A DNA stretch of 39,065 nt, taken from positions 1 through 39,065 of the forward strand of contig ONFH01000240.1 in NCBI GenBank assembly GCA_900317015.1, read 5' to 3'. Under the pieces are notes generated by a model that was not told where the DNA came from, ran no database searches, and saw only the letters and a program-made list of their open reading frames with translations. Origin of the DNA: an uncultured Erysipelotrichaceae bacterium. Its GTDB lineage: Bacteria; Bacillota_I; Bacilli_A; Erysipelotrichales; Coprobacillaceae. Positions 18,453 through 28,479 of this stretch are shown here, one piece after another; within the stretch, counting starts at the first letter, position 1, and every line of letters begins with the position of its first letter. Position numbers and translations under genes: made by a program.

Positions 18453-21348
18453 ATAATGTCTTGATCTCTTCTAGATCATTCTTGCATGCTTCAATTTCCT
18501 GTTCATGACCAATGACGGTAATGACACAGTCTTTTGCGAGAGCATCTAAAATATCGGCATAGGCAAGCAGATCTTCTTTTTTCATCTCTAACATATCATT
18601 TCTTAAACGCACTTCATCTTCGTAGGTGATGTCACGTAAGTAATTCCCATCGGCAAGATCTCCCGCACCACGGTCACTTCTTAAAGGTTCCGTTTTGGCA
18701 ATCGAAGAAATAATGTATTCTTCAATGCCTTCATCACTCTTGACAAAGTCTCTTAAGAAATCGCCAGCATGTTTATAAATATTTAAAGCAGAAGACACAT
18801 TGGGATCACGATAAGAATAATACGCTAATGTCCCTAGTGAGCCACAGGCAAAACCCGTTCCATAAGCGCCACCTTTGACACGGACTTCATTCCATAAATA
18901 ATAGTAGCTAAGAAGCGACGAGATCACACGCCAGCGTCCATTATACTGGTGATCAAGATGATAAAGGTTTCCACCTAGGCAGGCATAAGAAACACCATTG
19001 GGAATGATCATGCCAACGTTCTTCACAGCTGGGAGATCATAGTTGGCACCAGTGAACGCCTTGCCTTCCTCAAAGTTTGAAATCAAATCATGAATATCGG
19101 TTTTTAAGTCTTCGTCAAAATGAGGCGTCGTGACGGAAATGATCATACGATTCTTAATCAGCTGATGCTCTAAGAGATCGACGATCTTTTCAATAAAGGC
19201 ATCTGACTTCTCATCAAAATGCTTTAACAGATCATTTAAATAATCATAAGCATCTAAGCCATCGACGACTTCATTAAAGAACGCTTCCTTAGAATATCCT
19301 GATAAAGTATGACGCATCGCATAGCGATGACCATTGTTAATGATATCATTTCTAAAGTCATCCTGGATCTGTAGGAATAATGTTTTGATCAATGCCTTTT
19401 GTGAAAAGTCTGTTTCCGTTAAGACTTCCTTCATGAGACGAACGGCTTCTTTGACTTTGGTCTTTAAGACATTTGTCTTGACCATCAGATAAACATCGAC
19501 ATGATCAAGATCCCCTGGGCGACTTGTCGCCCCGATATCAAAGCTTAAGCGTCCCGTATTGGCTTTCATATCATACAGTAATTCTGTTAAAGAACGTTTT
19601 GTAGGCAAAGAGCCTAATAAGTTTGGTAAGAATGAATAGGCACTGAGATCTTCATGAGAAGCAACATCGAGCTTAAAGTAGACATTCATATAGACGATGC
19701 CATCTCGTGAAGAAGGATGCGTCAAGACCGTAATGCCATCAACGGTTTCGACCTTTGTCTCTAGTTTTTCTGGTTCTTTATTGAGATCACTTAAGGATAA
19801 CTTAGGGATCGTCGCTAACGCTTCTTTAGAATCTGGCGTTTCATGCCATGTATCTAAATCTTCATTTTCCTTGATCAAAGCATTGATCTCATCTTCACTC
19901 ATCTTCTCCTTGATGGCCTGTAGAGAGTGCGCTTCGTCTTCCTGCATCTTCGCATTTAATGTTTCATCAGGAATCATCGTGACAGAAACAACACCTTTTT
20001 CATCAAAGAGCTCACTTAAGAGATCTTCATAATAATGCGTTGATAAAGCGTCTTTTAATGAGGCAAAGATGGCATTATAGCTTAAGTATAAAGCAGGATC
20101 TCCGCCATAAAGCATGGATGATAAAACAAGTAAGTTACGCATCAAGGCTTTTGGTTCCCCAATATCTCTTGTCGTAAATTCTAACTGATTTAAGGATGCA
20201 GATAACTGCGTCTTATTGATGCCATCACGTAGGATCTGCCCAATCGTTTCATGCATGACGCTCTTGATCTCATCTTTGCGATCGGCTTCGGTATTGTCGG
20301 CGCCGACTGTAAAGAATGGCTGCATGATGCCATCAGTGACTGCCGTATAGAAATCCTGCGCTAAGTGGGCATCTAAGATGGCCTTCTTTAATGGCGCATC
20401 ATTAGAACCCGTCAAATAGTCACTTAAGATATTGATTGCAAAGATCTTCTTTGGGTCATCATACGTTGCGGCGATCTTACCAAAGCTGATCTGCGTCTTT
20501 TCTTTGACATCTTCACCCTGAGCAACGGGATAATAAGACACGATGTCCTTATTTTCAAAGCGTTCTTCTAAAGGCAGTTCGATCTTCTCATAAGAGGCAT
20601 CATAATCCTTTAAATAGCCCCCGATCATCTTCAGCACTGTTTCTAAATGAAGATCCCCTTCAAGATAGAAGATCGCATTAGAAGGATGATAGAACTTCTG
20701 ATGATGCGCTAAGAACGATTCATATGATAACTTGACGATACTTTTCGCATCTCCACCAGAAATATACTGATAAGCATTATCAGGATAGAGACCACGCATC
20801 ATTTCATTATCGATCATCGTATCAACGGATGAGTTAGCCCCTTTCATTTCGTTTAAAACGACCCCTTTATAGACTGGTGCGTCGTCTTTTTGTCTTAATT
20901 CAATATGCCAGCCTTCCTGCTCAAAAATCTTTTTATTATGATAGATAGCTGGATGAAAGACGGCATCTAAATAGACATCGGTCAGGTTCAAGAAATCCTG
21001 TTCATTTTTTGAAGAGACCGGATACATTGTTTTATCCGGGAACGTCATCGCATTTAAGAACGTATTCATGGAGCTTTTTAAAAGCTCTACGAAAGGTTCC
21101 TTCACGGGATAGCGATCAGATCCGCATAAAACAGAATGTTCTAATATATGAAAGACACCAGAATCATCTTCTGGTAAAGTTTTAAATGTGACACTGAAAT
21201 GTTTATTCACATCTTTTGTGGCTAAATACACAAGGCGTGCATGTGTTTTTACGTGGATGAATTCATAAAGAGTGCCCTGACATTCAGGAATCTCTCTTTT
21301 GCGTTCAAGCTGAAATCCACTAATTTTTTGATTTTCCATCAATTCCAT
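18451..21348 (-). CDS. Insulinase family (M16C, presequence protease-like) zinc metallopeptidase
   Basis: HILEHSVLCGS (HXXEH), FLNAMTFPDKT, GVVLNEMKG, RVKGGAYG, SYRDPN. Start at 21348 after GGAGG. Confidence 0.93.
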   Translation of the reverse strand: MELMENQKISGFQLERKREIPECQGTLYEFIHVKTHARLVYLATKDVNKHFSVTFKTLPEDDSGVFHILEHSVLCGSDRYPVKEPFVELLKSSMNTFLNAMTFPDKTMYPVSSKNEQDFLNLTDVYLDAVFHPAIYHNKKIFEQEGWHIELRQKDDAPVYKGVVLNEMKGANSSVDTMIDNEMMRGLYPDNAYQYISGGDAKSIVKLSYESFLAHHQKFYHPSNAIFYLEGDLHLETVLKMIGGYLKDYDASYEKIELPLEERFENKDIVSYYPVAQGEDVKEKTQISFGKIAATYDDPKKIFAINILSDYLTGSNDAPLKKAILDAHLAQDFYTAVTDGIMQPFFTVGADNTEADRKDEIKSVMHETIGQILRDGINKTQLSASLNQLEFTTRDIGEPKALMRNLLVLSSMLYGGDPALYLSYNAIFASLKDALSTHYYEDLLSELFDEKGVVSVTMIPDETLNAKMQEDEAHSLQAIKEKMSEDEINALIKENEDLDTWHETPDSKEALATIPKLSLSDLNKEPEKLETKVETVDGITVLTHPSSRDGIVYMNVYFKLDVASHEDLSAYSFLPNLLGSLPTKRSLTELLYDMKANTGRLSFDIGATSRPGDLDHVDVYLMVKTNVLKTKVKEAVRLMKEVLTETDFSQKALIKTLFLQIQDDFRNDIINNGHRYAMRHTLSGYSKEAFFNEVVDGLDAYDYLNDLLKHFDEKSDAFIEKIVDLLEHQLIKNRMIISVTTPHFDEDLKTDIHDLISNFEEGKAFTGANYDLPAVKNVGMIIPNGVSYACLGGNLYHLDHQYNGRWRVISSLLSYYYLWNEVRVKGGAYGTGFACGSLGTLAYYSYRDPNVSSALNIYKHAGDFLRDFVKSDEGIEEYIISSIAKTEPLRSDRGAGDLADGNYLRDITYEDEVRLRNDMLEMKKEDLLAYADILDALAKDCVITVIGHEQEIEACKNDLEEIKTL

Positions 21349-21447
21349 GAATATACCTCCATGTTGCCTATTATACACGAAATTATCCCGTTCGGGTAGC
21401 GATTCACTGCGACAATCGAGCCTCGTCGTTTCTTTTACAAAGCGTAT

Positions 21448-21478
21448 AAAAAAACCATCTGATTGCTCAGATGATTTT
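21448..21478 (-). terminator. Intrinsic terminator after the paralog triplet
   Basis: Minus-strand TCATCTGA-GCAA-TCAGATGG plus T run. Confidence 0.8.
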
Positions 21479-21480
21479 GC

Positions 21481-21912
21481 TTATTGATCCACTTCACGCC
21501 ACTTCTGTCCATCAAAAGCGGTGATCTTGCCATTGTCATTTTTTTCAATCTGTCCGGAAACCGAATAATGGATCCCATCGTTTGTATTGTGGACGTCATG
21601 AACAAAGACAGCTCCGCGATAAGTTTCTGGAATTGGCTTATGGGAATGATAGTGATAGCTTAATGTTAAAACAAAGCCATCCACGCTTTCCTGCATGATC
21701 GATAAACAAGCAGAGACAAGACTCTGTGTGCTGTCTTCATCGACATAAAAACGTCTTGGATTGAGTCCCGCACGATCGGCTAAGTCAGCCATACACTGAT
21801 CAGTACGTGTCCCAACATCTTCTAAGAGCTGAGCTAAAAATTTCTGACTTTCGACGACATCTCTCACAAATGTGAGGCCATCATTCGTCTTTAGATCTCT
21901 TAATTCAGCCAT
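21481..21912 (-). CDS. Hypothetical protein, paralog 3 of tandem triplet
   Basis: SD AAGGAGG, TAATG overlap with the previous gene, shared motifs with both neighbours. Confidence 0.8.
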   Translation of the reverse strand: MAELRDLKTNDGLTFVRDVVESQKFLAQLLEDVGTRTDQCMADLADRAGLNPRRFYVDEDSTQSLVSACLSIMQESVDGFVLTLSYHYHSHKPIPETYRGAVFVHDVHNTNDGIHYSVSGQIEKNDNGKITAFDGQKWREVDQ

Positions 21913-22355
21913 TACTTGTCCTCCTTCACGTCATGCCACTGTCCATCATACATGCGCTTAGATCCATCCTGATACGTATAATGTAATTCTGGTGAGAAAT
22001 TTGAAACCAGGTCGCCGTTATCATTAAAAGAGATGCCAGCTGAATAAATATAACCAGTGATCTCCTTAATGTCTTTCTGACGAGTACGATATTGATACAC
22101 CATGATCGGATAATCAATCTCTTCTTCGTTATAAACATCGATGGCTGCTTCATAAAGACGAGATTGTCCCTTGTCATAAGCGACATTTAAACGATTGACG
22201 TTTAAATCGAGTGTCGTAATGAAATTGGCCATCGCATTATCGGCGGCACTGCCGATGGCATCGATCAGCTGAACGATTGCTTCAGCTAAAACTTTTGTAT
22301 CTTCGACAAACTTTTCACCATTATGACTATGTAAACTTTTATCGTAATTATCCAT
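21912..22355 (-). CDS. Hypothetical protein, paralog 2 of tandem triplet
   Basis: SD AGGTGA, shared G-x2-F-x2-D...G-x3-D-x2-MA...DG..W pattern. Confidence 0.8.
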   Translation of the reverse strand: MDNYDKSLHSHNGEKFVEDTKVLAEAIVQLIDAIGSAADNAMANFITTLDLNVNRLNVAYDKGQSRLYEAAIDVYNEEEIDYPIMVYQYRTRQKDIKEITGYIYSAGISFNDNGDLVSNFSPELHYTYQDGSKRMYDGQWHDVKEDK

Positions 22356-22363
22356 ATTCTCAC

Positions 22364-22822
22364 CTACTCATCTGATAAGAACCATGATTCACCATCATAG
22401 CCATAGTGCAGACCATTTGCATCCTCACGATAGATTTCGGCAGAAACTGAGAAGTTGACTTCATTGTCATCAGTGACTTCTCCATCAGAGACAAAGACAG
22501 CGGATGTGATCTTTGATGTGCTTGCTGGATCATCATATGTATACGTAAAGACAGCCATATCATCCTGGGCTTCATCAGATAAAATGGCTACGGCGACAAC
22601 ATAAAGACCCGGCAGTTCTTCTTCGTTTTCGTTGATCACGAAACGATCGGGATCTAAGCCAGCCTTTGTCGCATTGTAGGCCATGCAGGCATCAGCCGCA
22701 TTACCGACTGTCTCCATGACTTCAGTAATGGAATTCTGTGTATCGATCCAATCTTTAATAAAAGCGGCACCATTTTTTGTATGTATTTCATCATCAATGG
22801 CTTTTAATAATTCTTCATCCAT
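22364..22822 (-). CDS. Hypothetical acidic protein, paralog 1 of tandem triplet
   Basis: ATG at 22822 downstream of AAGGAGTG; the GTG at 22834 overlaps the SD. Shared motifs with both neighbours. Confidence 0.8.
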   Translation of the reverse strand: MDEELLKAIDDEIHTKNGAAFIKDWIDTQNSITEVMETVGNAADACMAYNATKAGLDPDRFVINENEEELPGLYVVAVAILSDEAQDDMAVFTYTYDDPASTSKITSAVFVSDGEVTDDNEVNFSVSAEIYREDANGLHYGYDGESWFLSDE

Positions 22823-22855
22823 TTGTTTATACACTCCTTTTTTCGTTATGTCCCC

Positions 22856-22864
22856 ATTATACCA
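22856..22864 (-). promoter_or_regulatory. Extended -10 promoter element for the triplet
   Basis: TGGTATAAT 33 nt upstream of the first ATG. Confidence 0.6.
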
Positions 22865-22895
22865 AAAACTTGATGGCTATGCGTTAAAAAAACGT

Positions 22896-22919
22896 AAAAA
22901 AGACAGGTTCACCCTGTCT
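22896..22919 (-). terminator. Intrinsic terminator after plsC
   Basis: AGACAGG-loop-CCTGTCT plus T run. Confidence 0.8.
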
Positions 22920-23628
22920 AGTCATGTTCATTGATATAATCCTGGATCGTATGTTCGACATACTGCGCAATTTCCGTTGATTTCATCTTATGATAATCTT
23001 CATACATCAGCGGTTTGAAATAGTGGATCTGACAATGTACTTTCTTCAAAGAGTTATAGTCTAAGACTTTAAAGCAGTTGATCATGGCACAAGGCACGAT
23101 TGGGACCTTGGCATCGATGGCCGCTTTAAACGATCCACCCTTGAATTCATTTAAGGTATTGCCCTGCTTGGATCTGGTCCCTTCCGGGAAGATGACAGCG
23201 GGAATGCCTTCCTTTAGTTCCTTGGAAGTCGTCCGAATAACTTTCATGGACTGACGCAAGTTTTCACGGTCGATTGCATAATATTCCATAAAGTCCATCA
23301 CTTCAGCCGCTAACTTCACCTTACGTAATTCCTTTTTATAAACGATCTTGAAAGGACGATCGATGGAATCAAATAAAGCTAAGATATCAAACATGCCCTG
23401 ATGGTTTGGCGTCACAAGATACCCGCCTTCTTTAGGCAGATTTTCTGTTCCGCTAATTTCTAAGTCGACACGGGCTCTTTTGGTCGCTTTCATCAAAAGC
23501 TTTCGTGTCCAGCCGATGCGTTCCTCTAAGGAATAGTCATTCATATGCTTATAATACTTTTTGATCTCATGTAATGTACGGGGTACATCAAAAAAGAAGC
23601 GGATGACGATAAATACTAATCTAAGCAT
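22918..23628 (-). CDS. plsC: 1-acyl-sn-glycerol-3-phosphate acyltransferase
   Basis: NHQGMFD (HX4D), FPEGTRS, PIVP. Confidence 0.9.
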   Translation of the reverse strand: MLRLVFIVIRFFFDVPRTLHEIKKYYKHMNDYSLEERIGWTRKLLMKATKRARVDLEISGTENLPKEGGYLVTPNHQGMFDILALFDSIDRPFKIVYKKELRKVKLAAEVMDFMEYYAIDRENLRQSMKVIRTTSKELKEGIPAVIFPEGTRSKQGNTLNEFKGGSFKAAIDAKVPIVPCAMINCFKVLDYNSLKKVHCQIHYFKPLMYEDYHKMKSTEIAQYVEHTIQDYINEHD

Positions 23629-24103
23629 GGTTCTCCCTCACATATTTCTCTAGTGTAAATGTTTCAAAAGGAATCTTTTCCTTTAGCACATAGCCATGGC
23701 CATGAAAGTCTGGGAAATACGTTTCCCCGCTATGATGACCAGGAATACGGCTTAATAAAAGTACATCAGCCTCATCTAGAGCCTGCTTATAGATTCCTGC
23801 CCCGCCGCAGATGAATAGATCCTTCTGTTCTTTTTTATACTGATCGATCACCGCTTTGAGATCATGAGCCACACTCACTTTCTCATTTTGATAATCCGAT
23901 CTTGTCACAACGATGGTATGACGTCTTGGCAAAGGGCGTTCACCCATAGCCTTGAAAGTCTTCATACCAAATAAGACATCATGATCCAGCGTTGTCTGTT
24001 TAAAATGTTTTAAGTCTTCTTTATTAGTCCAAGGCATCCCATTGGCGGTGCCTTCTTTACCAATGAGGAGATCCTCATCGGCTGCCACGATGATGGTAAT
24101 CAC
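23621..24103 (-). CDS. folA: Dihydrofolate reductase
   Basis: IIVAA..LIG..MPW..EDLKHFK, GMKTF, RPLPRR, ICGGAGIY. GTG start at 24103 after GGAGG. Confidence 0.92.
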   Translation of the reverse strand: MITIIVAADEDLLIGKEGTANGMPWTNKEDLKHFKQTTLDHDVLFGMKTFKAMGERPLPRRHTIVVTRSDYQNEKVSVAHDLKAVIDQYKKEQKDLFICGGAGIYKQALDEADVLLLSRIPGHHSGETYFPDFHGHGYVLKEKIPFETFTLEKYVRENHA

Positions 24104-24157
24104 GCTGCTGCCTCCACTTCTCTTTTCATCACTGTGCCTATCGCACAACAGTTTGGT

Positions 24158-24862
24158 TTATTTCTCTTTTTTGCCAAAGTAGGCATCAATGCCGTCGGCC
24201 ATGCCTTCAGCCATCTTCATCTGATACGCATTCAAAACAAGTAAATGATCTTCTTTACGATTATACATTTCTCCCATTTCGATCAGCGCTGTTGGCATTT
24301 TTGCCCAGTTTGTGGCCGTCAGGTCATCTCTTTTATAAATGCCACGATATTTTGCTTTCGTCTTCGCTTTAACGGATTTGGCAATCAGCTTAGAAAGCTT
24401 CAAAGCTTTTTGGGCCTGCTTCTTTGACATAAAGCGATTATGTAATGTTGGTGTACACATAAAGAAGCCATGTACGCCAGTATTATAAGTGCCGTCACAA
24501 TGAATGCGCACCATGATCTTCGCATGGGCCTTGTTGGCGATCTGCGCACGCTTGATGTTTGTCACATTGACGTTCTGCTTCGTTCTCGTCATCACGACCT
24601 TATAGCCACGTTTTTCTAGTAGCTTCTTTAATTTCTTGGCCACCTTTAAATTCACGACCGATTCTGGCACATGTGTATATTTCCCCTGCGTCCCGCCGCT
24701 CACTTTCATTTTACGCAAGCGAGAATGAGGACCGATCTGTTCTTTTCCTAGATTGGCATGTGTCTGATGTCCTGGATCAATACAGACGACCGTCTTTTCT
24801 TCTTCAGACTGTACAGGTGAGATCACTTGTAAACAAATCAAAAGGGCGATAAGTCCCTTCAT
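24158..24862 (-). CDS. Secreted N-acetylmuramoyl-L-alanine amidase (Amidase_3)
   Basis: Signal peptide, IDPGH, PESVVNL, VVMTR, RIHCD, LIEMG. Confidence 0.9.
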   Translation of the reverse strand: MKGLIALLICLQVISPVQSEEEKTVVCIDPGHQTHANLGKEQIGPHSRLRKMKVSGGTQGKYTHVPESVVNLKVAKKLKKLLEKRGYKVVMTRTKQNVNVTNIKRAQIANKAHAKIMVRIHCDGTYNTGVHGFFMCTPTLHNRFMSKKQAQKALKLSKLIAKSVKAKTKAKYRGIYKRDDLTATNWAKMPTALIEMGEMYNRKEDHLLVLNAYQMKMAEGMADGIDAYFGKKEK

Positions 24863-24882
24863 GTCTTCTTCATCCCTTTTCT

Positions 24883-25794
24883 TTAAATGGCAATTTCGAT
24901 CTTATAGTCGAAATCATTATATTCATAGTTTTCTAGATGGAAACTATTCTTATTAAAATCATAGAAGTTCTTGATTGTTGGGTCAATACTGAATTTTGGT
25001 GCCTCATGTTCTTCCGCTTCTAGTAAATGCTTGGCTAAGTCTAAATGATAAGGCATATAAATATGACAGTTGGCAATACAATGCACAAGTTCCCCTGGTT
25101 CAAAACCATAGGCACTCGCCATCGCATAAACGATCAGACTCGCCTGCACGACATTCCAGTTATTAGCCGTGATCATATCCTGTGAACGCTGATTTAAAAT
25201 GGCATTGAGCTTGCCGCCAACGACGTTGAACGTCATTGAGTAGGCACATGGATAAAGGGCCATTTCTGAAAGATCATGAGGATTGTACATCATCGTTAAG
25301 ATACGACGAGACGCTGGCGTGTTGACTAACTGATAGATCACACGATCGACCTGATCTAATTTATAGACACCATCACTGTCTTTTTGAATATTGCGATTTT
25401 TGAGATCATCACCAAAGGCTTTTTCAAGACCTTCTTTTGTGACATCTTTATAACGAGATAAAGCGCCCATCTGATAGCCATAGGCTTTCCCGATAGAGCC
25501 ATTTTCATCAGCCCATTCATCCCAGACATGGGAATGCAGGTCATGAATATTGTTGGACTTCTTCTGCCAGATCCAGCTGATCTCATCCCATGCGGATTTC
25601 CAATACGTACGTCTTAATGTCATAATCGGAAATTCTTTTGCTAAGTCATAGCGATTGACAACACCAAAGACCGAGATCGTATGAGCCGGTGTGCCATCCT
25701 TCCAATGGGGACGGACTTTCTGATCCTCATCCGAATACCCTTCTTCTAAAATGCGTCGAATATTCTGTTTAAAGACTTGATCTGCATAACTCAT
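24883..25794 (-). CDS. thyA: Thymidylate synthase
   Basis: IGKAYGYQ, SRR, MALYPC, NQRSQD, CHIY. Confidence 0.93.
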   Translation of the reverse strand: MSYADQVFKQNIRRILEEGYSDEDQKVRPHWKDGTPAHTISVFGVVNRYDLAKEFPIMTLRRTYWKSAWDEISWIWQKKSNNIHDLHSHVWDEWADENGSIGKAYGYQMGALSRYKDVTKEGLEKAFGDDLKNRNIQKDSDGVYKLDQVDRVIYQLVNTPASRRILTMMYNPHDLSEMALYPCAYSMTFNVVGGKLNAILNQRSQDMITANNWNVVQASLIVYAMASAYGFEPGELVHCIANCHIYMPYHLDLAKHLLEAEEHEAPKFSIDPTIKNFYDFNKNSFHLENYEYNDFDYKIEIAI

Positions 25795-26282
25795 AGATGT
25801 ACTTCCTTTCTGATCTTCTCGACGGCATCCTCTGCCTTTTGATCATTGATCAAGTGCAGATCACAAGCGTTGAGATATTTTTCATGTCGCTCTTGATCGA
25901 GTGCATAGAGCTTTTCTGCACCATCTTTTAAAAGTGGACGGCCACTCGTATCAACATCGCCGATGATGTTTTTGATGGGACGATCCAAATAAATGACCGT
26001 CCCGATTCTCTTTAAGAGCGGAATATTGCGGTCTTTGACCACGACCCCACCGCCCATGGCGATCACGGTATGATCAAGGCCGATAAAATCTTTGAGACAT
26101 TCTGTTTCATGATCTCGAAAATAATCTTCTGAGATCTTGAACATATCAGGAATGCTCATCTGAAACTTATCGACAAGATAATCATCCGCATCGATAAAAT
26201 CATAAGAACAAGCCTCTGCTAGAAGCTTGCCCACCGTCGATTTACCAGATCCCATAATTCCAATTAGTACGATATTGCTCAT
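25791..26282 (-). CDS. aroK: Shikimate kinase
   Basis: GIMGSGKSTVG, FRDHE, GGGVV, RPLL. Confidence 0.93.
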   Translation of the reverse strand: MSNIVLIGIMGSGKSTVGKLLAEACSYDFIDADDYLVDKFQMSIPDMFKISEDYFRDHETECLKDFIGLDHTVIAMGGGVVVKDRNIPLLKRIGTVIYLDRPIKNIIGDVDTSGRPLLKDGAEKLYALDQERHEKYLNACDLHLINDQKAEDAVEKIRKEVHL

Positions 26283-27400
26283 GCTTCTTTCCTTTCATAG
26301 TTACCTAATAATCTAAATGAATACGTACAGGCCTTTAATTCCTGTAAAGCAGCTAAAATATTGTAATCACCTAAGTTTCCATCGATATCGACATAGAAAT
26401 AATATTCCCATGGATTGCCAGGAAGTGGACGGGATTCAATACGTGCCATATTGATAAAATGATCCTTGATAATACGCATGACTTCATACAATGAGCCGAC
26501 TTCATGACGTAAGGTGAAGACCATCGAAATACGTTCGGCATCGATCTGGGATTCCAGATTCTTCCCAAAGACGATAAAACGGGTATGGTTCGATTTATCA
26601 TTTTCAATCGAAGGCGCTAAGACATCTAAGTCATATAATTTGGCGGCTTCGGTAGACGCAATGGCTCCGATCTGTGGATCCCCATTTTCGGCGACAAGTT
26701 TTGCCGCAGCAGCGGTATTAAGATAACGATGCTTACGAATATGATGGGCATCTAAATACTTGCTTGTCTGAAGTAAGCCCTGTGGATGCGAATAGACCTC
26801 CTTAATATCTTCGGCTTTTGCTCCTTTAATGCCAAGTAAATTCTGGGCAATGTATAAAGACTGTTCGCCAACGATAAAGAAACCATATTTTGTGATCAGA
26901 TCATAGTTATCGTTGATGGCCCCTGTAGAAGAGTTTTCTAGAGGGACAACGCCATAGTCGATCTCACCATCACGCATGGCCACAAAGACATCCTCAAAAC
27001 GTTCATAGTTCTTCGAAGCGACATCACCGCCAAAATAGGCACGCATTGCCTGCGAAGAGAATGAACCCGGTACACCCTGATAACCAACTGTGATGCCCTC
27101 ACGCTTTGGCGCTTCGATCTTCAAGGGACTATTAGGCATTAAAGAGGCCTGATAGGCTCTTGATAAGTTCATATTATTCATCACAAAGTTGCGGACATAG
27201 TTGATCAGCACTTTGTTTTTCACTCTTGCTAAATTCTTATTGATGACCTGGATCTCACGCTCTTTCTGAAAGATCTTCATGCCATGAGCGACTTTATATT
27301 TTACAACATCTTTACTGACGCCCATTCTTTTTTCAAAGAGGTCGATCAGCTGTCCATCAATTTCATCAATTTCCTTTCTGCATGTCTCTAAATCTTTCAT
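26279..27400 (-). CDS. pheA: Chorismate mutase / prephenate dehydratase (P-protein)
   Basis: N-terminal AroQ domain RKEIDEID, PLENS, YSHPQ, NHTRF, ACT domain IESRP. Confidence 0.92.
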   Translation of the reverse strand: MKDLETCRKEIDEIDGQLIDLFEKRMGVSKDVVKYKVAHGMKIFQKEREIQVINKNLARVKNKVLINYVRNFVMNNMNLSRAYQASLMPNSPLKIEAPKREGITVGYQGVPGSFSSQAMRAYFGGDVASKNYERFEDVFVAMRDGEIDYGVVPLENSSTGAINDNYDLITKYGFFIVGEQSLYIAQNLLGIKGAKAEDIKEVYSHPQGLLQTSKYLDAHHIRKHRYLNTAAAAKLVAENGDPQIGAIASTEAAKLYDLDVLAPSIENDKSNHTRFIVFGKNLESQIDAERISMVFTLRHEVGSLYEVMRIIKDHFINMARIESRPLPGNPWEYYFYVDIDGNLGDYNILAALQELKACTYSFRLLGNYERKEA

Positions 27401-28479
27401 TTAAAGCCCTCCATCATATCATAAATTCCTAGGGCAGCCATGGCCTCAACGACCACGATGGCACGCTGCACGATACATGGATCATGACGTCCGACGATTT
27501 CTAAAGTCTCATTTTCCTGCGTCTTGACGTTGATCGTATTCTGTTTTAACGAGATCGAAGCCGTTGGCTTGATCGAAACATTAAAGACGACCGGCATGCC
27601 ATTGGTGATGCCGCCGGTAATACCGCCATTATGGTTCGTTCTTGTCTTGACCTGTTTGTTTTCATCATAATACAGTTCATCATTGGCCTGTGAGCCAAGA
27701 GACTGTGTAATATCATCGAGATCCCCAAAAGAAACGGCTTTGACGGCCGGAATACTAAATAACAATGGCGCTAAATGTGATTCCACACTATCAAAGAACG
27801 GATTCCCAAGCCCTGCCTGAAGACCTGTGATGGCACATTCGATCTTGCCGCCAACACTATTTTGATGAAGACGGGCATCTTCGATGACCGCCTGCATATT
27901 TGCCCAGGCCTCTTCATTGATGACCGGATACTGTTTAGATGCTAATGATGATAAATAGTCACCATCGACATTGACAGGATAACGTTCATCTTTGACATCC
28001 TTGACACTTAAGATATGGGCTCCGACCTGAATACCTTCTTTGGCAAGCAATTGTTTAGCAATGGCACCGGCAAAGACGATCGGTGCTGTTAAGCGGCCCG
28101 AGAAATGTCCACCGCCTCGTACATCATTGAATCCTTTATATTTTACATAAGCCGGATAATCTGAATGGGCTGGACGCATCTTTTCTTTCAAATAAGAATA
28201 ATCCTTAGAATGTTGCGAAGTGTTCTTGATCATACAGCAGAGCGGTGCTCCGGTCGTATAACCATCTAAGAACCCACTAAGGATCTCAAATTCATCAGCT
28301 TCCTTACGCTGGGTGCTCATTTTATTCTGTCCGGGCGCACGACGCTTCATATCTTTACGAATAGCGTCAAGATCTAATTGGATCCCAGCGGGTAAATTGC
28401 CAATGATGATGCCGATGGCTTTCCCATGGCTTTCACCAAATAATGATAATTCTATATGATGTCCCCAGTTAGCACTCAT
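27397..28479 (-). CDS. aroC: Chorismate synthase
   Basis: FGESHG, RPAHSD, GGGHFSGR, KPTASI, GRHDPCI. Confidence 0.97.
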   Translation of the reverse strand: MSANWGHHIELSLFGESHGKAIGIIIGNLPAGIQLDLDAIRKDMKRRAPGQNKMSTQRKEADEFEILSGFLDGYTTGAPLCCMIKNTSQHSKDYSYLKEKMRPAHSDYPAYVKYKGFNDVRGGGHFSGRLTAPIVFAGAIAKQLLAKEGIQVGAHILSVKDVKDERYPVNVDGDYLSSLASKQYPVINEEAWANMQAVIEDARLHQNSVGGKIECAITGLQAGLGNPFFDSVESHLAPLLFSIPAVKAVSFGDLDDITQSLGSQANDELYYDENKQVKTRTNHNGGITGGITNGMPVVFNVSIKPTASISLKQNTINVKTQENETLEIVGRHDPCIVQRAIVVVEAMAALGIYDMMEGFK

